Source: a virus
IMG/VR virus record: IMGVR_UViG_3300045988_031966
Direction: 5' to 3' (one strand)
DNA: 48,114 nucleotides
The notes under the pieces were generated by a model, which was given only the letters and a program-made list of their open reading frames with translations, did not search any database and was not told the origin of the DNA. Positions 41,964-48,114 of the stretch are shown in pieces (position 1 is the first letter of the stretch; every line of letters starts with the position of its first letter). The translations under genes were made by a program, and so were the position numbers.

Positions 41964-42605
41964 ATGAAACCTTTATACGGAGATTGGAAAACGACACTGC
42001 CGAAAGACTGCCTGCAGCCGGGAGAACTGATAGACAAGGAAATGCTTTTCCATTTCAAAAACAACGCAAATTCCGAAGATAAATTCGCAGGAATTATCCA
42101 GATGGAAGAAGTTGCGGACATCATAGGGGGAAAGCCAATATACGACACGATTTATAAGGAAAACGAATGCACGCCATGGATCTATGCGGGGCAGTGCTAT
42201 GCAGGGGGAAGAATAAATAAGAATCCGGCATTGATGCCGATGGTATATATCTGCTCCAGATACAGGGCAGACACAAGGGAACAGTTGGAAATCAATATCA
42301 AAGTGGCAAAATGGGCAGCCTGCGAAGCGGTGGCGAATGGCATGATACCAATTGCACCGCATCTGTACTTCCCAAGGTTTATGGATGATTCCATACCGGA
42401 AGAACGGTACTTCGGAATGCAGGCAGGGCAAAGGCTCATGGAGCAGTGCAGCACTTTCCACATCGTTACTGTGGATAATGTGATCAGTGAGGGCATGGCA
42501 GCGGAAATTGATTATATGACGGACACACTGCTACTGACCGGACGAAAAACAAACTTTTCACAGCTTGGGTTGGAGAAATTGATACTGAATAGAATGGAGC
42601 GATGA
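41964..42605 (+). CDS. Hypothetical protein (possibly nucleoside 2-deoxyribosyltransferase-like / DUF4406-like fold)
   Basis: 213 aa with RBS aaaaggagg. The pattern VYICSRYRAD...IPIAPHLYFP...ISEGMAAEIDY recalls that family only loosely. Confidence 0.35.
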   Translation: MKPLYGDWKTTLPKDCLQPGELIDKEMLFHFKNNANSEDKFAGIIQMEEVADIIGGKPIYDTIYKENECTPWIYAGQCYAGGRINKNPALMPMVYICSRYRADTREQLEINIKVAKWAACEAVANGMIPIAPHLYFPRFMDDSIPEERYFGMQAGQRLMEQCSTFHIVTVDNVISEGMAAEIDYMTDTLLLTGRKTNFSQLGLEKLILNRMER

Positions 42606-42606
42606 T

Positions 42607-45339
42607 ATGCAGGCAGCGGAGGTCGATTTAGACCGTTTGGTAGATTATAAAACTGAATACTGGTCCGTTATCAAAAAGCATAAAATCACAGGCGACAACC
42701 TCACAGGGCTGTGTCCGTTTCACAATGACAACAACAATTCGTTCTCGGTGGATCTGCGTACTGGAATGTGGAAATGCCACGCAGAGGACAGGGGCGGCAA
42801 TTTTATCACATTCTATGCAGAACTGAATGGACTGGACAACCATGAAGCCTACAAGCAGATACTGGAGAAATACGGTGCATTGCATGAGCCGCAGGAAAAG
42901 CCGAAACCAAAGGCAAAAAGCGGTCTGTCACATTACACACTGGCACAGTATTCCTTTGAAAAGCGTCTGCCGGAAGAATGGCTGGAAGACCAGTGCTGCC
43001 TTCAGACAAAAAAAGACCGTGACGGAATCCAGTACATACGCATACCGTACTACCGGGAAGATGGCAGCGAAGCCACATTCCGAAAGAGATATGCAGACAA
43101 GCAGTTCCGGTGGAAGTATGGGGCAGGAAAAGACATCTGCTTATACGGTGCATGGAAAATGGAGTCCGTCCGGAAGATCGGCTACGCAGCACTGGTCGAG
43201 GGCGAAAGCGACAGCCAGTCCATGTGGTACATGGGAATCAGTACCCTCGGAGTACCGGGAGCGTCCATGATGCGGTCTGCGTGGGCAGGGCAACTGCAGG
43301 ATCTGAAAATCTACATCCATGTAGAACCGGACAAAGGCGGGGAAACATTCCTTGCCAAAGTCACAAGGGCACTCCGGGAGGGCGGCTTCATTGGGGAAGT
43401 TTACAAATGGAGCTGCCGGACGCTCGGGTGCAAGGACCCATCAGATGTTTATCTCAAATTCGGAAAAGAAGATGCTGCGGCGAAGATACTGAAAGCAATC
43501 AGTAACGCAGAACAGATTGATATAGATGATGATGCCATACCAGAAGCAGTCGAGGGAGCACCCGTGAACTTAAGACAGCCGGAAGGATGGATTTATTCCG
43601 ACAAAGGAATCAGTGTGATCGATGAAAAGAAATATGCACCTGTCATGGTATGCAGGACCCCGATTATTATCACGCAAAGGCTTCGAAGCATGGAAACCGG
43701 AGAGGAAAAGATCGAGGTCGCATTTAAAAGGGATGGGCAGTGGAGTAGGGCAATCTACCCCAGAAGCACCATCTTCACCGCAAGGGGAATCACCGCACTG
43801 GCAGACTTAGGATGCACCGTCACAAGCGAAAATGCAAAGCGCGTGGTCAAGTTCTTGGCCGCACTGGAGGCAGAGAACATCGACATCATAAAGAAAGCAG
43901 ATTCCACAAGCACATTCGGGTGGCAATCCGGGAAACGGTTCATACCTGGGCACGACAAGGACATCGTCCTTGATATTGATCCGTCCCAGAGGGGCATGGC
44001 GGCAGCGTACTGCCAGAACGGAACAATGAAAGACTGGATGGAAACCATGAAACCGCACCGGGAGCGTGACAAGTTCCGTTTCATACTGGCGGCTAGTTTC
44101 ACAGCACCGCTTCTGCGGATTATCAAGCAGCGAATCTTCTTCGTGTACAACTGGGGCGGTTCAAAAGGCGGTAAGACAGCGGCACTAAAGGCAGCACTCT
44201 CCGCATGGGGCGACCCGGAACGCTTGATGGTTAATTTCAATGCTACGCAGGTAGGGTTGGAGCGAACCGCATCGTTTTATTGTGATCTGCCACTTGGAAT
44301 TGATGAACGACAGCTTGCAGGGAATAACCAAAACTCTTTGGAAAAAATCGTCTACATGATTTCAAGCGGAACAGGAAAGATACGAGGTGCGAAAAGCGGA
44401 GGCATACAGGCACTGCAAACATGGAGAACCGTGGCATTGGCAACAGGAGAAGAACCTCTTTCCACGGAAACAAGCCAGACCGGAGTCAGCACCCGTGTGC
44501 TTGAGATATATGGCGGACCCTTTGACGATGAGAGGGATGCGTCCGTCATGCATCAGCAGTCGGGGATGAACTGCGGGTGGGCAGGACCGGCTTATATTGG
44601 AATGCTCCTGCACACCGATGAACGCAGCATCACGGAGAAATATGAGGAAATGATGCAGTATGTCTACAGTATCAGCAAAGGGAAAAGTGGGTCGCATATT
44701 GCAGGAATCGCAGCAGTAGCACTGGCAGATGCCATCATCGATACTTGGATATTTCATAACGGAGAATGGCTGAAACGATACGAAAATGGGGAATTTGATA
44801 ACGAATTCGCTAAAAACAATACGGAAAATCTGCAAATTGATACGGTTTCGTGGGAAAGAGCCAAAGAGATGGCAAGGAACATCATGCAGGAGCAGATGAA
44901 CGCAGACACCGGAGATGTCAATGAGAATGCTACCCAGTTTATTGTGGACTGGATACTCTCTAACAAGGACAGCTTCGGGGAAAAGGCATTCGGAACTTGT
45001 CTGGGGATGATCCAGAACAAAAACGCTTACATTTTCCCATCCATGCTAACACAGGCACTGACGAAAGCAGGTTACTCATCCAGAAAGACACTGAAATATC
45101 TTGCTGACAGAGGATTGATTGGAGTATCCATTCTGAAGGATGGCAGCACCAAGAATTCTGTGACAAAGTGGTTCAACAACAGAAACTGCAGATTTGTGGA
45201 ATTCCATCTGGGCGATCTCGCCGAGGAAAAGGACCCGCTACTGGAGGAGGAAGAAATCGCAGAGCAGATGAGCCTGCCGGGCACGGATGGCTTCATGCCA
45301 GTATCCGAAGAAATGGCGGATGAACTCCCATTCAATTAG
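42607..45339 (+). CDS. Primase-helicase (CHC2 zinc finger + Toprim + P-loop SF3/DUF927-like domain)
   Basis: 910 aa. CPFHNDNNNSFSV...WKCH (CHC2), LVEGESDSQSMWY (Toprim acidic motif) and NWGGSKGGKTAALKAA (P-loop). Confidence 0.85.
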   Translation: MQAAEVDLDRLVDYKTEYWSVIKKHKITGDNLTGLCPFHNDNNNSFSVDLRTGMWKCHAEDRGGNFITFYAELNGLDNHEAYKQILEKYGALHEPQEKPKPKAKSGLSHYTLAQYSFEKRLPEEWLEDQCCLQTKKDRDGIQYIRIPYYREDGSEATFRKRYADKQFRWKYGAGKDICLYGAWKMESVRKIGYAALVEGESDSQSMWYMGISTLGVPGASMMRSAWAGQLQDLKIYIHVEPDKGGETFLAKVTRALREGGFIGEVYKWSCRTLGCKDPSDVYLKFGKEDAAAKILKAISNAEQIDIDDDAIPEAVEGAPVNLRQPEGWIYSDKGISVIDEKKYAPVMVCRTPIIITQRLRSMETGEEKIEVAFKRDGQWSRAIYPRSTIFTARGITALADLGCTVTSENAKRVVKFLAALEAENIDIIKKADSTSTFGWQSGKRFIPGHDKDIVLDIDPSQRGMAAAYCQNGTMKDWMETMKPHRERDKFRFILAASFTAPLLRIIKQRIFFVYNWGGSKGGKTAALKAALSAWGDPERLMVNFNATQVGLERTASFYCDLPLGIDERQLAGNNQNSLEKIVYMISSGTGKIRGAKSGGIQALQTWRTVALATGEEPLSTETSQTGVSTRVLEIYGGPFDDERDASVMHQQSGMNCGWAGPAYIGMLLHTDERSITEKYEEMMQYVYSISKGKSGSHIAGIAAVALADAIIDTWIFHNGEWLKRYENGEFDNEFAKNNTENLQIDTVSWERAKEMARNIMQEQMNADTGDVNENATQFIVDWILSNKDSFGEKAFGTCLGMIQNKNAYIFPSMLTQALTKAGYSSRKTLKYLADRGLIGVSILKDGSTKNSVTKWFNNRNCRFVEFHLGDLAEEKDPLLEEEEIAEQMSLPGTDGFMPVSEEMADELPFN

Positions 45340-45760
45340 TCACAGGATTTGCAAAAAAAGTCACAAGATTGGGTGGGAGCAAAAAATCTTGTGGCCCGAA
45401 ATCTTGTGACCAAAATTGCGAAAAAGTTATAAAAAACCTTAAAAAACCGCACACCTAAAATTAGGTGTTTAGTTAGGTGTTCGGTTAGGTGTTTAGTAAA
45501 AAACCAAGTAAAATCAAGGCTTATATAGGTTACTAAACACCTAAAACACCTATTTTACAAAATATATTGTTATACGGGAAATCTTGTGACTTGTGACTAA
45601 GCTAGTCACAAGATTTGCTAAAAAAACATGGTGTATATCAAAATTTAGGTGTTAGGTGTTTAGTAGACCCCTCAAACCCCCATAAACACTGGGTTTCTTA
45701 CCGCACACCTAAGTGAACACCTAGGTGTGCGGTGGAAAAATCGGGAATTAGGTGTTCAGT
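45339..45760. repeat. Iteron-rich AT-rich non-coding region; putative replication origin
   Basis: About 7 copies of GTCACAAGATT / AATCTTGTGAC and at least 11 copies of the TAGGTGT / ACACCTA core, in both orientations. It includes the 11-bp inverted repeat ccgcacaccta/taggtgtgcgg (45701..45732). Confidence 0.6.
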
Positions 45761-45777
45761 CGGAAAGGAGTAGCAAA

Positions 45778-46410
45778 ATGGCAGATGAAAAAGTGAATGA
45801 GGACAGCCTGCCAGATGAGGAAAAATTAAAAATATGGGTGGACAGGCTGAGGATGAACGATGAGAAAGTGCCAAAGGAACTCTTAAAGACCAAATATCAG
45901 AAACCATACCGGGAACTAAAAGATAAGATCAAGGAAGTGGCGAACCGGATAATGAATAGCAGGATGACAGAGGGAATCGCCATTCGGAATGATGAAGCAG
46001 GGCAGGAACTCCTAAAGAAAATGCAGGCACTGATCAAAGAAAAAGAGGAAGCAGGCTACAACAAAGAACTCGGCAGAATACTCTGCAAGGAATACGACAC
46101 CGAGAAGTTTTTACAGGCAGTAAAGCAGATGCACACGGAAATGTGGAATTTGTGGATAACTTACTGGCAAGGATACTGCTGCCTATACGTTCTCCCGGAG
46201 AACTGGGAAGAACCCTACCCTCCGCCGAGAATTTATAACGAACTGACCGATGAATTCTTAGTGGATGAGGAAAAGAACATCTGGGAAAAGCACCCGGAAT
46301 GGAAATCGGAGCAACGGACAATCATAACCGCCGGAGCGTGCAGCTTACTGGCGGGAGCAAAGAAAGGAGAAACAACGCATGGACAGACAGGCGAACATAA
46401 ACAGATTTGA
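45778..46410 (+). CDS. Hypothetical protein
   Basis: ORF 45727..46410. ATG 45778 follows ggaaaggag. 210 aa. Confidence 0.55.
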   Translation: MADEKVNEDSLPDEEKLKIWVDRLRMNDEKVPKELLKTKYQKPYRELKDKIKEVANRIMNSRMTEGIAIRNDEAGQELLKKMQALIKEKEEAGYNKELGRILCKEYDTEKFLQAVKQMHTEMWNLWITYWQGYCCLYVLPENWEEPYPPPRIYNELTDEFLVDEEKNIWEKHPEWKSEQRTIITAGACSLLAGAKKGETTHGQTGEHKQI

Positions 46411-47080
46411 AGCTGAAATGAAAAAAGTAACAAGGGAGGGAGTAGATCGGCTCATGGCATTTATACGAAAGAGTGATATGTATGCGGCACCTGCAAGCAC
46501 ACGCTTTCACCTTTCGGTAACGGGAGGACTGCTGCAGCACTCGCTGAATGTACTGGATGCATTAAGAACCAACCTCACTAAAAATGACGATGGCACATAC
46601 TCCTACGAAGTGGCAGGCTGCCCGGTCGCAAGAGTGACTGAGGAAAATATGATCATCATGGCGCTTTTACATGACATCTGCAAGACCTACTTCTATACCA
46701 CGGAAATCAGAAACCGCAAGGTCAATGGGAAGTGGGAGCAGTATGAAGCATTCACGGTGGATGACAAAATCCCATACGGTCATGGAGAGAAATCCGTCAT
46801 GATGATTGAAGAATACATGAAGCTGCAGCCAGTAGAACGATATGCCATCAGATGGCACATGGGATATTCAGATCCAGACACGCTCTCCTTCGGCAACGCC
46901 ATCAACAAGTACCCGATGGTCTGGGCACTGCACTCAGCGGATACGCAGGCGAGCCACTTCATGGAAGATGACACAGATAACAAACTTGCGTACATAGATC
47001 GGAGTGCCGGAGCATACGCAGACCAACCGACCATGCAGGAAGCTGCGGAGGCGGTATTCGAGGAGGCGACACCAGTATGA
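46379..47080 (+). CDS. HD-domain phosphohydrolase
   Basis: 233 aa. FHLSVTGGLLQHSL, LLHDICK (HD), PYGHGEKS, IRWHMG and ALHSADTQASH are present. Confidence 0.75.
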   Translation: MDRQANINRFEAEMKKVTREGVDRLMAFIRKSDMYAAPASTRFHLSVTGGLLQHSLNVLDALRTNLTKNDDGTYSYEVAGCPVARVTEENMIIMALLHDICKTYFYTTEIRNRKVNGKWEQYEAFTVDDKIPYGHGEKSVMMIEEYMKLQPVERYAIRWHMGYSDPDTLSFGNAINKYPMVWALHSADTQASHFMEDDTDNKLAYIDRSAGAYADQPTMQEAAEAVFEEATPV

Positions 47081-47355
47081 TAGCGGAAATATTACAGTGG
47101 ATTGCAATTTTTGTCCTAACATTATTCCTCCTCGGATGCGTGCTTGCTGTTGTGGTAATACCGTGGGCAATATGGCAGGTCAAGAAGGAGCAGGAACAAG
47201 AAAAGTTGCCTTTCCAGTGCATGATTACTGAAAAAATGTGCATTATGCCGGAAGAACCATGCACCGAATGTACGATATACAAAGAGAGGATTAATGAAAT
47301 CATTGATGAAAGCGAAGATCGTAACATCCAAGACAATAAAACAGAGGGGCGATAG
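47077..47355 (+). CDS. Small membrane protein
   Basis: 92 aa. N-terminal hydrophobic helix ILQWIAIFVLTLFLLGCVLAVVVIPWAIW. ATGA overlap with the upstream gene. Confidence 0.5.
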   Translation: MIAEILQWIAIFVLTLFLLGCVLAVVVIPWAIWQVKKEQEQEKLPFQCMITEKMCIMPEEPCTECTIYKERINEIIDESEDRNIQDNKTEGR

Positions 47356-47359
47356 CAAT

Positions 47360-47542
47360 ATGAAAAATAAGAATGCGGAAGGATACCATGACCCGACAGC
47401 AGCCAAAGCGATAAAGAGAGCCGACAGGCCGCCGGAGAATGTCCGGAATGCAAGGAGGGCAATCAAGATAATCTGTGAAATATGTCATGTGCGGATACTG
47501 GGGAAAGTTACCATCATAGATGAGCGTGGAAGGCGGTGGTAG
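47360..47542 (+). CDS. Small hypothetical protein
   Basis: ORF 47294..47542. ATG 47360 lies just after the upstream stop. 60 aa, containing NAEGYHDPTAAKAI. Confidence 0.5.
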   Translation: MKNKNAEGYHDPTAAKAIKRADRPPENVRNARRAIKIICEICHVRILGKVTIIDERGRRW

Positions 47543-47964
47543 GTTTGATAAAGTATCAGGACTATTCCAGATTTAAGGATTTAAGGGAAGCCAAGGACTA
47601 TGTCATGAAAGAAAAAGGACTGACGGATCGACAGGCACACAAGTATCTGTTGGAAAAAGTTCCATTGGAATCCTACTATCAGAGAAAAATTATAGAGTGG
47701 CTCGATAAGAATGCCAAGGGCAGAGCGTTCTACTGGAAAGCAACGCAGGGGGCGTACAGCCGCAGTGGCATCCCGGACATCTGCGTAATCATCGGCGGCA
47801 GGTTTTATGGACTAGAAGTAAAGCGGCCATTCTTCGGAGTGGTGTCGTCAAACCAGAAGAAAGCAAAAAGGGAAATCGAAGCAATCGGCGGTAAGGTTTA
47901 CATCGTGACCTATGTGAAAGAGGTGGAGGAAATCCTGCTGCCGATACTGGAAGGGAGCAAATGA
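47536..47964 (+). CDS. VRR-NUC domain nuclease
   Basis: 142 aa, GTG start. GIPDICVIIGGRFYGLEVKRP gives the PD-(D/E)xK signature D...E-V-K. Confidence 0.7.
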   Translation: MVGLIKYQDYSRFKDLREAKDYVMKEKGLTDRQAHKYLLEKVPLESYYQRKIIEWLDKNAKGRAFYWKATQGAYSRSGIPDICVIIGGRFYGLEVKRPFFGVVSSNQKKAKREIEAIGGKVYIVTYVKEVEEILLPILEGSK

Positions 47965-48059
47965 CAACGGCAAAGAGAGAATACGATGAGAACGACCGGA
48001 TCTGCGGAAACTGCCTGCACCACAAACCATCATGGGAAACAGGACACCTTGCAGGGTGA
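47961..48059 (+). CDS. Small CxxC peptide (tentative)
   Basis: 32 aa. ATGA overlap with the VRR-NUC stop. Sequence MTTAKREYDENDRICGNCLHHKPSWETGHLAG. It ends 1 nt before the terminal repeat. Confidence 0.3.
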   Translation: MTTAKREYDENDRICGNCLHHKPSWETGHLAG

Positions 48060-48114
48060 CACTGCGATAATTTTATGGCAGATGCGTATGGATGCAGCAC
48101 AGAATACGAGGACG
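48060..48114. repeat. Terminal direct repeat copy 2 (assembly overlap)
   Basis: Identical to bases 1-55. Confidence 0.9.

Noticed and set aside
45339-45760. Repeat-dense region, considered as a CRISPR array
   Set aside because: The repeats are only 7-12 bp, occur in both orientations and have irregular spacing. There are no uniform spacers and no cas genes. Iterons fit better.

Overview
This window is an essentially complete genome of a contractile-tailed dsDNA phage. It has 48,059 unique bp; bases 1-55 recur exactly at 48060-48114, which is a circular-assembly overlap. The host is probably a Gram-positive Bacillota (Clostridia-like). That is an inference from AGGAGG-type RBSs, a PBSX-like tail / XkdX / holin / CW_7-endolysin gene order, and a SleB-type hydrolase. 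There are about 70 genes, nearly all on the + strand. Layout: (1) small early genes and a sigma-region-4-like late activator (101-1293). (2) An accessory island with a G9-containing promoter and a long ORF-free T-poor tract (1294-3272). (3) ParB-methyltransferase fusion, terS, lambda-GpA-like terL, gpW-like, portal, prohead protease, capsid and decoration genes (3273-11316). (4) Neck genes (11328-13282). (5) Sheath, tube, a chaperone with a predicted -1 frameshift, a 1386-aa tape measure and baseplate genes (13285-24665). (6) A two-gene tail fibre whose distal gene carries the variable repeat of a diversity-generating retroelement (VR 26353-26461, TR 26597-26705, RT 26902-28125); no Avd gene is recognisable. 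(7) XkdW/XkdX-like genes, holin and endolysin (28061-30891). (8) A leftward operon with an XRE-type regulator and two tiny hydrophobic peptides (31026-32170). (9) An IS30-family transposase unit sitting where an integrase would normally be (about 32221-33418). (10) Rightward early and replication genes: a SleB-like hydrolase, a C5 methyltransferase split at a G7 tract, an SNF2 helicase, an MT-A70 methyltransferase, a primase-helicase, an iteron-rich putative origin (45339-45760), an HD hydrolase and a VRR-NUC nuclease. I saw no tRNA, rRNA, CRISPR array, or tyrosine/serine integrase. All family calls come from motifs read by eye and remembered family patterns; no database search was run.
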